Positions 51,008-63,453 of a stretch of DNA of 64,000 nucleotides are shown here, piece by piece. Positions within the stretch are counted from its first letter, which is position 1; each line of letters begins with the position of its first letter. The position numbers and the translations under genes are program-made. This stretch comes from Marsupella aquatica (lineage: Eukaryota; Plantae; Marchantiophyta). The stretch lies in the NCBI GenBank assembly GCA_973895155.1, contig OZ316896.1, positions 3,260,638 through 3,324,637 on the forward strand, in the 5' to 3' direction. A model generated the notes under the pieces. The model did not search any database. It was not told the DNA's origin and saw only the letters and a list, made by a program, of their open reading frames with translations.

Positions 51008-51394
51008 ATTGCTTTTACGGTTTCAGCCGTGCTCCACCAAAGACTATTTCTGACCATCCTAGTCATGGCATCCATTTTCATTGGAGTAAGAGCAAGTGAT
51101 CCTGATCCATTGCAAGATTTCTGCGTGATTTCTGCGTGGTCGATTTGCAAGCATGAGGCCTCTCGCCAATGGCTACGCATGCATACCTGCAAGGAATGCC
51201 ACAACGGAACTTAGCGTTCTACGGACTGGCCTACCCTGCCAATCTTACAGGCAACCCGACCTACCGTGCCGCAACGTTCCGATCTGTTCGTCATTGGCCT
51301 GCGCTCAACACTGGGATTGGCTCTAGCTCGATTGGACATCGATCAACCCTGGCGGAATCATCATGCCACAAACCCACAACTTGGCCACCGAGAT
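51008..51394 (+). pseudogene. Germin-like pseudogene (5' half; ATG mutated, frameshifts)
   Basis: RASDPDPLQDFCV, WPALNT and HNLATE-coding sequence in broken frames. Confidence 0.85.
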
Positions 51395-51497
51395 GTACAA
51401 AGCTGGTGAAACATCTTCCATATGACAATGGCGAAGAATCTTCCGACTGTATGTATATATGCTGGGACAAGTAGAGACTCTGTGCAACACAATTTTG

Positions 51498-51642
51498 ACA
51501 TGCGCGCGTAGCTGTTGGCAAAAGGCCCTCCTGCTTGCAAATCGTCCACGCAGAAATCTTGCAATGGGTCAAGATCACTTGCTCTTACCTAGGATCGTAG
51601 GAAAGGGTCTTTGATGGAGGAGGCTGAAACTGTAAAAGCCAT
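51498..51642 (-). pseudogene. Inverted germin-like 5' fragment
   Basis: Minus strand ATGGCTTTTACAGTTTCAGCC..SDLDPLQDFCVDDLQAGGPFANSY. Confidence 0.85.
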
Positions 51643-52209
51643 TATGGGAGACAGAAATGAACAGAAGGGCCTTCATTACGAAAACGATTACAATTTTGGG
51701 TGCGTCTACTAAAATTGTAAGACTACTAGTCTGAGCTGGGGATGTCACTTTCACGTGGAAAATGGGAACACTCGAAGAAAACTGGACAATGTTTCTGACG
51801 AGAGCAAACAGAAAGATTGAACTTCTTGACAAAAGACCGACAGGAGCTGGCGTGAGCCTCAAACAGGAGAGACTGTGCAGAAAGAACTCAAATTGTAATG
51901 ATGAGAGCATGAGTTTAAGTTACAATAGTTGACAAGGAGAGAGTGACGATTTGAGTTGGACTAAATGAAAGCTCACTGTTTAAACTCTTGAAAGACTAAT
52001 CGTTAATAAGTTTCAGGGACAGTTAGCAGGACTATTCGACGAAATTCACTCCCTCTGCCAGCATAGTTCGACGACCATTCCTTCCCCAAACTTTACCAAA
52101 ATGTCATCAATGGTACCGTTTGGTCAGCCGTACAGAATATTTTTTTATTAGTTTGTGAATTGTTATTATAACAATAACTAGCCCTAAACTAGCCCCATAT
52201 CTGTCCATT

Positions 52210-52660
52210 GTACAAAAGATATTGATGTGTGACAAGATGTCAAAGCGAGGAAAAGATATTGATAAAAAAAAAAGTTGATGTGAGAGAAAAAGACCAAGGT
52301 GACAAAAAGTTGTCAGGGAGAGAAAGAGAAAAGATGACGAGGTGACAAAGATGTTGAGATGAGGAAAAGATGTAGACTGAGGTGAAAAAGAATTTTGAGG
52401 AGAGAAAAAGATGTCAAGATGAGAAAAAGATGTTAGGAAGAAAAAAGATGACAAGGTGACAAAAGGATGTCGAGGTGAGAAAAGGATGTAGAGGTGGGAA
52501 AGAATGTTGAAGAGAGAAAAAGATATCAAGATGGGAAAATATTTAAGGTGAGGAGAAGGTGTCAAGGAAAGAAAAGATGTCAATGCGTAAAATATGTCAA
52601 TGTGCAAAAAATATTGATGATGCACTTAAGTAAATCGAATCATTGTGCAAAAGTAGTTGT
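52210..52660. repeat. GA-rich degenerate array, inverted relative of 11880-13880
   Basis: AAAGATGTCAAGGTGAGAAAA-like units. Confidence 0.7.
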
Positions 52661-54109
52661 GGAGGAAGTCATTCAAGAAAAGAAATATTGTGGAGGAAAA
52701 GTTGACTTTTGAACCCTATTCTCATTATGATTGACTGTGTTGTGCTTGGGTTGGGTTGTAACTACAATTATGTTGTGGTTTTGAAAGTTAGTTGTTGGTT
52801 CAATTGGTTTATCATTACGGCCATGTGATTGTTGCGGAAGCGTTGTCATTCCAACTGTGTCATTTGTGTACTCATGTTATGGTTGCAAAACTATCATTAA
52901 GTGCATGGTTGTTGTTGCAACACTGTTTTCATTTTAGTCAATGTTGTTGTTGTGAAAGTGATGGCGCGCAAGACCTGTAAGAACATCCAAGGCATTGTGG
53001 GATCCAGGTGGGTTGCTCCGTGCTATATGGAGAGAGAACAATGATATATTTTGACTTATTCTGCCTCTCTCCATCCCTCCTTTTTTCTTCCCTCCAACAC
53101 CATTAAAAAATAGAATTTTTGGAGGGGGAAGAAAAGATAACATTAACCTCCAAAAATTGAAAAATCCATTGAAGAGCCAAGAGCCAAAACCTTTCTTATG
53201 TGGATCACTTCCCCTTTATTCCCTCCATGCCAATCATCAATTTGTTCCTCCTTTAATGCTCTATAATATTTTATGCACTATATATACGCTTTAAACCCTA
53301 GCACATGTACTAAAGCTTGGTTTCTCGTTTAATGCTTTATACTAAAACTACTTTATGCATGATTGTACACTGTCTGGGTTTCTTCTTTTTCCATATGAAA
53401 TAGTGGTGGACCTTGCCACCCAGCACCCTCAACAATCCCAGCACTCACGTCTAAGTGCCCCTGGTGCCCGAACGCCCCCACGGAATACCTCGAGCAAGCA
53501 ATCTAGCGCCCCTTGCACCGCCGGCGGCTCCTCCCATACGAAGCCGCACTTGCTCTCCAACACGACCGCTACTCAACGGTCCTCATCGTCTGCACAAGCA
53601 ACCAAGCACCTCGGTAAGTAACCCTTCGGGATCTAGAACTTGCCAAGTCTAGCATCCTAACTCAAGCTCAACAGACATTGGTAAATAGGTCAACGATAGG
53701 TCCTCCCGATGCCATAAGCCAGAACCAGAACCCACGCCCACTGTTTGTCTAGAACAGCTCCTTCCTTGGGCGCGGCCCAGGTTCCCCCTTGTACCTATCC
53801 ATCACCAACTGACCGCCCTGACCCCACGACATGCTCATGGCCCAAATAGCGTAGCTTGTCCTAAAGCTTGTCCCAAGCTTGTCCCGACAAGCCGGGACCA
53901 GAATGGCCCCGACTCTAGCAACCAACTCTCGGTTCGCCTCACTGATGGTCTAGGGGCCGAACACTCTTGGGACTCGACCTCCACACCTACTTGGCCTTGT
54001 CTCCCCAACGCAAGCTCCCTTGGGAGACTGAACACGGCTTGGCTGCTGTTTGGCAGGATTTGGCAAGCGGGCGAGTTAACACTCGCAAACCCCGAGAACC
54101 CATGGTGCC

Positions 54110-55420
54110 AAGTACAAGACCGCGATGCGCACAAGGTTCGGATCCTATGAGTTTTTGGTTATGTTGTTCGGGTTGTGTAATGCAACCGCAACGTTCGTGA
54201 AGATGATGAATACCATCTTTCATGACTTGTTGGACCAAGGAGTGGTCATCTTCATTGACGACATCCTAATCTACTCGAAACCGTTGGAGGAACATGAGCA
54301 GTTGCTCAGAGAAGTGTTTCTCGCCTTTGTAAGGCTCGTCTCTTTGCTAAACCTAGCAAGTGCAAGTTTGCGATGAACGAGATTCAGTTCCTCGGCCATA
54401 CCTTTACCCCGGAGGGGATTACGCCTAGTCAGGACAAGCTTAAGGAGATCAAAGAATGGGAGCGCCCGTCCAATGTAAGGCAGGTTAGAGTCTTCTTAGG
54501 ATTTACGGGGTTCTATCGGAGGTACATGAAAGACTATGCAAGGATTGCGAGGCCCCTAAACGCACTAACATTCAAAAACAAAGTGTTTGTGTGGACACAG
54601 GATTGCAAGTTAGCATTCCTAGAACTTAAGCAGTTAATGATAACCCCGCCGGTTCTAAAGTTACCTGAGATGGGGAAGCCGTTTGAGATTTGGACAAATG
54701 CAAGTGATTATGCCATTGGCGCCTGTCTTCACCAAGATGGGCGTCATGTGGCCTTTGAGTCATGCAAGTTGGAAAATCATTGGATCACACCGGAAAGGGA
54801 AATGTATCCAGTGATCTATGCGTTGGAGAAGTGGGAGATTTACCTTAAGAACAGTCCCAAAGTGGTAATCTACAAAAATAGCTTGTCGGCCGGGTACTTC
54901 AGTTCTAAGCCAAGACTGAACCCCAAGGAAATGCGTTGGCAGATGTTCTTGGCGGATTTTGATTTCAAAGTCTGCCACGTTCCAGGGAAGACAAACACGG
55001 CAGCTGACACATTATTGCGTAAGGACCAGCATCGTGTCAATGGAATCACAATGCTTGAATCCGAGTGGCCAAAGGTTCTGGCCGCAACGTATGGGGATGA
55101 CAGGTTAGCTAAGGAATGGCAAAGCAATGGGGGTAGCCAAGGCAAGGTAAGGCACGTGTCATTGGGGTTGGATATGACGCATGATAATGTTCAGTTATGG
55201 CGATACAAGCAGAGGCGTGTGTACATGTACCAGAGTCTCTAAGGTTAGAGGTTCTACAAAAGTACCACGACTCGCCATGGGGAGGGCATGGAGGACAAGC
55301 CGCTACATATCGCAGCATGTCGCGAGATGTGTATTGGCCGGACATGAAGCAATCAGTCCTTCGCCATACAGTGCAAAGTTGTTACTCGTGCCAAAAGAAC
55401 CAAACCGTCTATAAACATGA
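54110..55420 (+). mobile_element. Ty3/Gypsy pol fragment (RT, RNase H, integrase H2C2), frameshifted and truncated
   Basis: [79 protein letters not shown]. Confidence 0.92.
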
Positions 55421-55960
55421 AGCCTTAAATGATGAGTAACAAGCCCAAACTCTAGGCACTCTAGTAAAAAAATTGTAGAAAGAAAGAAAAAGGCCAAAAA
55501 AAGGCCACAAATAGTATCCATTTTTGGATAAAATTATAAAATATATTGGAAGTCCTGAAATGGCACATCCTTTTCACCACTTCAAAATCACCAAATGATC
55601 TCAACTTACTTTCAATTAAAACTCTACCTCTGATTTTAGTATGCCAATTGAGCAATTTCACTCCAGACATGATTTGTACTTTTAATCAACAATTAAATTA
55701 GGTCCACAATTCATTAAACATGAGAAAACTTAAAATCATGAAATATGATATCTTCTTGTCTCTCCACAAATGCAAGGGCCAGCGCCGGTCATTTCTATTC
55801 AAAAACACATTGTTTTCCATTTCAATCATAAAAATAGACTTTTATAAAATATTGTCACCATGAATTCATGAACTAATAAATTCGATCACATCTCAATCTT
55901 CAAAACCTTTTCCTTTTATGTTTATGTAATGTACACGTAACAAACTACTACAAAAACTAA

Positions 55961-57285
55961 TTACTCTGAATCAGAACTTATCGAGTCTTCAGCCAAAATA
56001 TCTCTAGAATGACTTACTTCTGATGTTCTAACTGACCTAGCCTCTTGTACTTGGTCTTTCTCTTCCGCTAGGAATTCGGCCAACCGAATTTTGATTCTAT
56101 TTACGGTTTTCTTGTACAAGGTGTCTGACTTTGTCAACATGAAATTATAGGCGAAGACAGTTGTAGATGATAAATCAAGTTCCTGGTGAAACCATATAGG
56201 TTTTAGAGTACCTTTACCCCGTCCACTTTTTTTCTTCTCGTAATTCAAGACTTCCGGTAAGTACTTTGCTTTCCAAGGATCTGATCCTGTCTTTGCAGCA
56301 TGCCAAAGAACATAGATAATTTTTGGAATATTCAACTTGTCACGAAGAACAATTCTTTCCACCTTGGCCACCCAGAATGTTTGCGACTCTTCTCCAGCTA
56401 CAGAAATGAAAGTGTTGACTTCAAGATCTGAAAAATCTCCTTCCATGTTCTCCTTCTCTGCATCAATTTTTTCCTGGTTCCGATAAGGACCAACATATAT
56501 ATCTCGAGTAGGGCCATAAACTCTCTCTTCCATTTCTTCTTCATTCAAGAGAACACCTGGAACTTCAACATCAGCAATGGTCTCCCCTTGAGCTTTAGGC
56601 CACCGAAAAGGAAATTCGAGTTGCCTTTGATTGTTGAGCAAAGCTTTATTGAATTCTCGTTGTTCCTCAAAAAACCTTGTCCACCAATTGACTTCCTCTT
56701 CGGAAAATAATGTTTGAACTGCAAATATACCCTTCTGAATGTCGTTCAAGCAATCATCCATCTCAGTAGAAGTCATATTTGAAGAACCTGACAAATTTGG
56801 TTGAGTCCTTGTGCCGTTGTCATCGCGTTTCTTCTCTCCCTTCTTGAAAAGGGGGATTCCGGGAGCACATCCCATTATCTTTTGTGGCTCCTCTTCCCTC
56901 AAGAACTTCACCCCTCCGTCTGGTCTCCAGGTAGAATCTGTGGAGAATTTTTTCCCCCATTGTGTTGGAACATGATCTGGTAAGTTGTCAAATGCAAATT
57001 TGTATTGATGATGAAAGGTAACATTCCGTATCCTCTCAATGACTAAATCAGGATCTGAGAATGCAAATTGACGGAAATCATATGTTTCCTTTAAGAGGGT
57101 GATGTCTGGTTGGGGTTGATAAGACTCACGAATGATGTCACACAAGCTTTCATATGTAAAAGCTTTAAACCTTGCTAGCCGTTTAGAAAAATGGCTAAAC
57201 ATTTGATCTATTTGGTCGTGAGTGTGTCCAACAAGTAAAAATCCTAGTTTAATTTTCCGAAATATTCCGAAGAGACTCTGTGCAC
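55961..57285 (-). mobile_element. Sola-like (DUF7869-type) DDD transposase-derived long 3' exon
   Basis: GIFRKIKLGFLLVGHTHDQIDQMFS motif opens a ~440-aa uninterrupted frame; preceded by a probable acceptor TTTTAG; no upstream exon found. Confidence 0.6.
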
Positions 57286-57779
57286 CTAAAAGCGGGCCTA
57301 AAATTAAGTGAACTGAAAACATTCATGAAATGAAATAAAGGTGTACATCTAGTACTGTATTTGAAATTTTTGAGACCTCTGCGATAACAAAGTACTCGAA
57401 GCGCTTATTGTAACAAGAGTAACACTCTTTGAAAAATAAGATTTCTCAACAATACTCTCTTAGATTAAAATCTGAGGTGGCTTTGCTGCAACAAAATAAG
57501 TCAAACCCCTCGTTAACACAAGGGCAACACTCTATGGAAAATAGTATTCCATCTCAAGAGCAATTCTTTATGAAAATCAAGATTTGTCCCTTGTTTTCCT
57601 ATTGGAAATTGTTATATTGATTCATATGTCATTGTGGTTCTTGTTTCCCCCTTTTGTGGGAGTTTTGCGATCTACTATAAACATAAAAATATTCTTGAAA
57701 AAAAATTGAGTTAATTTTGCTTTTGCTCATTGAACAAACTACTTGAGACGCTATGAGTAAATTGTGAAGAGCTTAGTCT

Positions 57780-58100
57780 ACACATAACTAAGTTTATTTA
57801 CCATAATGGTTAAAGTGACTAGCTTGAGGGAATAGAATATGAAGAGAATACAACGAGTCTTGCAATCAATGATGGTACATGGTACCTTTGGACAAAAATG
57901 GACAGAGATGGTGATTTGACATGCATGGTACTTTTGGATAGTTGGACAGAAGTGATGATCAGACAAGGTATTTTTGTACACAAGTGTAAAATATAGTATC
58001 CAAGCATATATGATTGTGAGTTTGAGTCAAGACCATCCAAGTTTGGTTTGTCCATGGGGGCTTCATAAACAACCTCCCAATCCATCTGGGCTTTAAGTAT
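57780..58100 (-). mobile_element. Possible LINE 3'-end (zf-RVT-like) remnant
   Basis: MDWEVVY.. followed by Cys/His-rich broken frames. Confidence 0.25.
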
Positions 58101-58385
58101 TTTTGACGCAATTAGATAGTTTATATTGAAAGATTTTTCTGATTTGAGATCGTAGGTATTAGTACATAGGTATGCTTTGGGCTTGCACTGATTAATCCAT
58201 AGGTATGCCGGGAGGTATGCTTTGACCTTGCACTAATTAGTATGTACTAGGTAAAGTACCAATTAAGGCCCTGCCACAGTTTGAGGCCCGGTTGAGGATT
58301 GAGGCCTTCTCAAAGGATTGAGGGTCATGCATCATCATTTCTAAGTAGACTCTTATTGACTTTGATGATAGTAGGCGACACTGCA

Positions 58386-58482
58386 TGAAGAACATACCTT
58401 AAATTTATGACAAAGATATATACTTGATGGACCCGAAGAACATACCTTAAATTTATGACAAAGATATATACTTGATGGACCC
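58386..58482. repeat. 2x ~48-bp tandem duplication
   Basis: GAAGAACATACCTTAAATTTATGACAAAGATATATACTTGATGGACCC twice. Confidence 0.9.
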
Positions 58483-58859
58483 CTAAATTAAAACTTGTTA
58501 CTTGAAGGACATCCCACATCCTCACTTATTTCCCTCCTACTCATCACACAAAACGGGACACAAAAATAAAGTAAGTATATGGTTTGTTTATTGGGTTGAG
58601 CAAAATGGTTTTAAATTTTTGTAGAAGAACATTGGGTTCTTAAAATACAATTTTGAAAATTATAAGAAAAGAGAGGGTTTTAGAAAAGTAGTCCAAAAAA
58701 TTATTATTATTATTTTTGAGTATGCTTAATAGCTAAAAATGTCGAGAGTGTTATGAGACCCCTTTAGAGTGGAGCCCAAGATAAGGGGATTTTTTGCGGA
58801 TTAAGGTTATCAAAGTTGTATCACTCATGGGGTCCATCAAGTTAGTATCATTTTTCATT

Positions 58860-59560
58860 TTGGATCTATTTAAACATATATCTCCAATTTATTAATAGGC
58901 TTGTAGATGTCAATTTGTTTGGAAACGAACCCCCGAAGCGCTGACCCCCTTCAAGAATACATCTCCGGAACTGCAGATCAAAACCCAACAGCACAATTAG
59001 CGCTATTTCAGAAAGCAATTCAAGTTCTTGTGTTAAGAATGAAATCAAACAACAATCAATATTCAATTTCTTGGTTAGACAGGTCTTGGACAAATGCTGT
59101 CCAATGAGCTCAATATCATACAATTTCATTCACCCTAAGAAAGATATAATAATATTATTTTCAATTGGTTCTCTACTCTTTCCTTGAGTCCATTGGTAGT
59201 GTCATCCTTTTAAAAGTTACTGAACTAAAAAACTTGATCATAGTAACGATGGCAAGGTCTTGAAAAATCCTTTCAACAGAGGTCAAGATGGCTCACTTAT
59301 CCTTAGTAACAAGGAAGATATGAATTTAAAACTAAGTTGCTCTTTGTTTTTGGTAGTTGCTGATTAATTGGCAAGGATAGACCTTTTCATAAGTCTCTTG
59401 TTAGTGAACCAAAATTGTTGATCGTAATAAGGTTCGAAAGGTCTTGAAAACTCCTTTCCAATGAGCTCAAATCTCCAATTGGTGTTGAGTAACAATAACA
59501 TATTAAGAATTTCAAAAAATAACTGTCAATTTCAATTTCAGGTTTTGTATACAGTTGCAG
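58860..59560 (-). pseudogene. Decayed LRR-coding remnant
   Basis: PIGDLSSLERSFQDLSNLITINNFGSL and FGGSFPNKLTS; repeated GGTCTTG(G/A)A units. Confidence 0.35.
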
Positions 59561-60529
59561 CAGATACAATAGGGGCATATATTGTGCCATTAAAGTGATC
59601 TCTTGCAACATTAACTTAAAAAAAATTGAATGTATATATATAAGAATTATAGATGACCCTATTTCATGGATGGTGGTAATTAGTATCATGCACACATTAG
59701 TGTCACCCTGTCATTTCCCTTCCTCAATTTTTTCCTTTCTATGTGTACGTGTACAAGCTTATAAGGCATTGCCCCGGGAGAAGCCAGGTAACCTGAGCTA
59801 GGCCAGTCCATTACCTCCTCTTGGGGATAGGTTACCCTGCACCACATTATTTACCGACACTACCCAAAATAATTTAGCCACCAAAACTTAGACTATGTGA
59901 GTGTAACTCTGAAGAGTGCAACCAGTCTTTCCTTGAAGTGAGAATTTACACACATATTAACGGATGAGAGTCCTTGCCAATGACACAAAAATGTTTTCAA
60001 AACGTTTAAACTGGTATATTCTCCAAATTAAACTCAATCGCCCAGATTTGACATTACTCACGTCGAACCCAACCTCCACGGCCTCAGATTTGACATCACT
60101 CACAACTCACATCGCACGGCCATAATGTGACTGTACCCATCAAGTACATAATTTTTGCTACGTGGAGGAATCTCAGAAGGCCCTAAGTGACACCTAGACA
60201 AAATGACCGGTCCCCTCATGAGTCCCCTCCAGACTTTAATGCACTGCCGTGCCTCCGTCCGCACGATCCAGCAGGCGCTCGATCCATCCAAGCCTTCCGT
60301 GGAACGAGCGATTGGACTGGCCGTATCTTAGACAGTGACGCTTGGGGAGAGCGATACAGATGCCGCACGATTGAGCAGCGCTCGATCCATCCAAGCCTTC
60401 CGTTGAACAAGCGATTGACTGTATTTAAGCAGTGAAGCTAAGGGAGAGTGATACAGTTGTGAGGAGAGTTGAGTTGCCAGACGAATTTGGTCTGTTGCCC
60501 TGTGAGACTGTGAGACTTCTGAGCTCACC

Positions 60530-61050
60530 GCTGCGGAGTTGTTTCTTCTGCGGAACTCATCGGGCTTCGGCTCCGTCAGTCGCTGCCCCAGCTGCACGAG
60601 TCCACGGCTGCGGAATTCTTCGATCTGCGGAACTCATCGGGCTTCGGCTCCTTCAATCGCTGCCCCAGCTGCACGAGGTCACGGCTGCGTAATTCTTCGA
60701 TCCGCAGAACTCATCGGGCTTCAGCTCCTTCAATCACTGCCCCAGCTGCACTAGCTGGAATTGTTTCTTTTGCGGAACTCATCGGGCTTCGGCTCCCTCG
60801 ACCGCTGCCCCAGCTGCACGAGCTCACGGCTACGGAATTGTTTCTTCTGCGGTACTCATCGGGCTTCGGCTCCGTTAGTCGCTACCCCAGCTGCACGAGC
60901 TCCCGGCTGCGGAATTGTTTCTTCTGCGGAACTCATCGGGCTTCGGCTCCGTCAGTCGCTGCCCCAGCTGCACGAGCTCACGGCTGCGGAATTGTTATTC
61001 TGCGGAACTCATCGGGCTTCGGCTCCGTCAGTCGCTGCCCCAGCTGCACT
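60530..61050. repeat. GC-rich minisatellite, ~7 units of ~77 bp, just upstream of the kelch gene
   Basis: Unit CTGCGGAACTCATCGGGCTTCGGCTCCGTCAGTCGCTGCCCCAGCTGCACGAGCTCACGGCTGCGGAATTGTTTCTT. Confidence 0.95.
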
Positions 61051-61181
61051 TGATATCATCGAGCGAGCGAGCGAGCTGCACTTGATACTAGTTTTTGGTG
61101 TATTTTTAGAGGACGAATCAGGACAAATTAGGTGTGCAATCATGTTCATTACGTACTTTGTGATGTTGTCAGATAATGTGA

Positions 61182-62450
61182 ATGAACTTCATCTTCAACA
61201 AGTCTTTTCCTCAAGATCGATCACTCCATCAGGCATCAAGACTGTGTTTGCAGGCAACTGAATCCAAACTTGCGATGACGTCCAAAGTTGAGGGAAATTC
61301 TCAACGTCTTCTTCCAGGGATCCTTGATGATATAGCTTTGAACAAGGTTATCCCGAAGCTGCAGTGGAGAGACCTGTATGCTCTGTCGGCAGTGTCTTCT
61401 GACTGGTGCCGGGTAATTCGAAGTCGTCAAGCCTACAATTTAAGAGTGCTTCACCACTCTAAAGAGACGGCTGTTCTCGTCAGATGTGAAAATGATGACC
61501 GCAATCATGGTTGGTTTGCTCTATATTCGTTGACAGATAATTCCTGTCGTCCACTTCCTCGTATCCCTGACATTGCCAATCAACTGTTCCCAACTTGTAA
61601 ATGCGTGTCATTGGAGGGGAAAATATACATCTTGGGAGGATTCAATTGGGGGAATCCGGAGGTCAGTCGTAAGGTGTATGCTTTGGACCTAGTTGAGCAA
61701 GGTCAATGGAAACGGTGTGCAGATATGATCCAGGCCAGAGAGGATTTTGCATGTAGTGTCATGGACGGCAAGATTTTCGTACTTGGAGGAGTTGATAGGA
61801 GGGTCAGCTGTGGATCAGAGGTTTATAACCCCAATGAAGACACTTGGTCTCCGATTAGTGCACCGCCAGCATGGGTTGTTTCAGATCAAGTTGAAGTTGT
61901 TGGAGATGAGTTTATGCTGACCAGACCTGCAGTGAAATCGCTTCCAGTCTATGATGCTAATAATAATGACGAAGTCTTTTTCAATCGTGATGAAGTTTTC
62001 GACGTTTATAACCCCACCAGGAACCAGTGGAGGAGAGAGACACTCAGTTCCCGGTCAAGTCGAAATTCGTTGTTTTTCATGGCACACGGTAAACTCCACC
62101 AGATGCGTGATGCGAGTAGCCATCGTATAGAAGTCCACAATGCTGATGAAAACTCATGGTCACATTTGCATTCATCCATATTTACATCAATGGGACCAAT
62201 TGACTGGACCGTGGTGGAGCCGCTTGCTGTTTTGGCAGTGAAGGATGAGTTGTTAGCTGTAGTGGCCTGGTGGACCAGAGGGGCTGCCAGGACTGGTAAT
62301 GTAAACGGATATTGTCTTCTTCGAAGTGAAGCCTTCGGTACTAACACCCAAGCCATCCGGTGGCAGAGGGCACCTAATCTGGATTCTCCCTTCGGACGGA
62401 GATGGATGAATATCTTCCCCAGATTTTCCATGTGTCCCATTGAGCTTTGA
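61182..62450 (+). CDS. F-box/kelch-repeat protein (start could be MTSK at 61275)
   Basis: F-box LLPGILDDIALNKVIPKL..LSAVSSDW; kelch repeats GKIYILGG..W..CADM, REDFAC..GKIFVLGG..EVYNPNEDTW. Confidence 0.92.
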   Translation: MNFIFNKSFPQDRSLHQASRLCLQATESKLAMTSKVEGNSQRLLPGILDDIALNKVIPKLQWRDLYALSAVSSDWCRVIRSRQAYNLRVLHHSKETAVLVRCENDDRNHGWFALYSLTDNSCRPLPRIPDIANQLFPTCKCVSLEGKIYILGGFNWGNPEVSRKVYALDLVEQGQWKRCADMIQAREDFACSVMDGKIFVLGGVDRRVSCGSEVYNPNEDTWSPISAPPAWVVSDQVEVVGDEFMLTRPAVKSLPVYDANNNDEVFFNRDEVFDVYNPTRNQWRRETLSSRSSRNSLFFMAHGKLHQMRDASSHRIEVHNADENSWSHLHSSIFTSMGPIDWTVVEPLAVLAVKDELLAVVAWWTRGAARTGNVNGYCLLRSEAFGTNTQAIRWQRAPNLDSPFGRRWMNIFPRFSMCPIEL

Positions 62451-62745
62451 GAGCATTTTGGAGGTTGAGTTGTGCTTGAGCTGTGCATTCAGTTCAGTGC
62501 ACGTTCTGGAAAACCATTTCCGGGTACGGTATGATCTGGGTTATTGAGAGCTAAATCGGATTGATGTATTCATTTTGAGGTTCTGGGAGACCCGTCGAAA
62601 ACTTTAGTCAGTTGTTTGGGACGAGGTTGCTGCATTGATCACGAGCTTGGCGCAGAAGTTCGTAGGTTCTGTCAAACTGGGCATCGGGGCAAGATTGTAA
62701 TCGTTTTTGATATTTAGGCCCTTCCGTTCATTTTTTTCTACCATA

Positions 62746-63453
62746 ATGGGTCTTACAGTTACAGCGGTGCTCTACCAAAGACTTTTTCTGAGGATCCTCG
62801 CCATGACATCCATTTTCATTGGAGTATTAAGAGGAAGTGATCCTGATCCATTGCAAGATTTCTGCGTGGCCGATTTGCAAGCAGCAGGGCCTCTCGCCAA
62901 TGGCTACGCATGCATACCTGCAAGCTAGCTATGCCACAACGGAAATTCGCGTTCTCCTGACTGGCCAACGCCGCCAATCCAACAGGCAATCGGACTAATT
63001 AACGGTGCTGCAACGTTCGGATGTGTTCGTAATTCACCTGCACTCAACACACTGGACATCAACCCTGGCGGCCGGAATCATCATGCCACACACCCACAAC
63101 TTGGCCACCGAGATCATCTTCTGCCTGGAGGCCGAGACTTACACCGGTTTTGTCACCAATAGCCACAATCCTTCAGTCCCCAACAAGCTATTCGCCAAGG
63201 TCGTCAAGAACGAGGGGCTAAGGCGTTCATTTTCCTGAGAGTTCTGCTGCACTTCGAGCTCAAGAAGGGCACGGTGCCGGCAGTGGCCTTGAACGTGCTG
63301 AACAGTCAATATCCCGAGATTCAGCTCATGCCTGTGAGTTTATGTGGGATTGGCATCGATCCTGAGCTTCTGGCGAAGTCGGTCTTCATCACAGAGACTG
63401 AGTTGGCAGGCTTGGCAACCATCTTGTCGCAATTTGACGATGTGTTCGCCTAG
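62746..63453 (+). pseudogene. Full-length germin-like pseudogene
   Basis: Colinear with 9414-10124 (SDPDPLQDFCVAD, MPHTHNLATEI, LLHFEL, DPELLAKS) but with a stop at ~62926 and several frameshifts. Confidence 0.9.

Noticed and set aside
60530-61050. CRISPR-like array
   Set aside because: Units are contiguous with no unique spacers, there are no cas genes, and the context is eukaryotic; it is a minisatellite. ORFs 60432-61261 are by-products of the repeat
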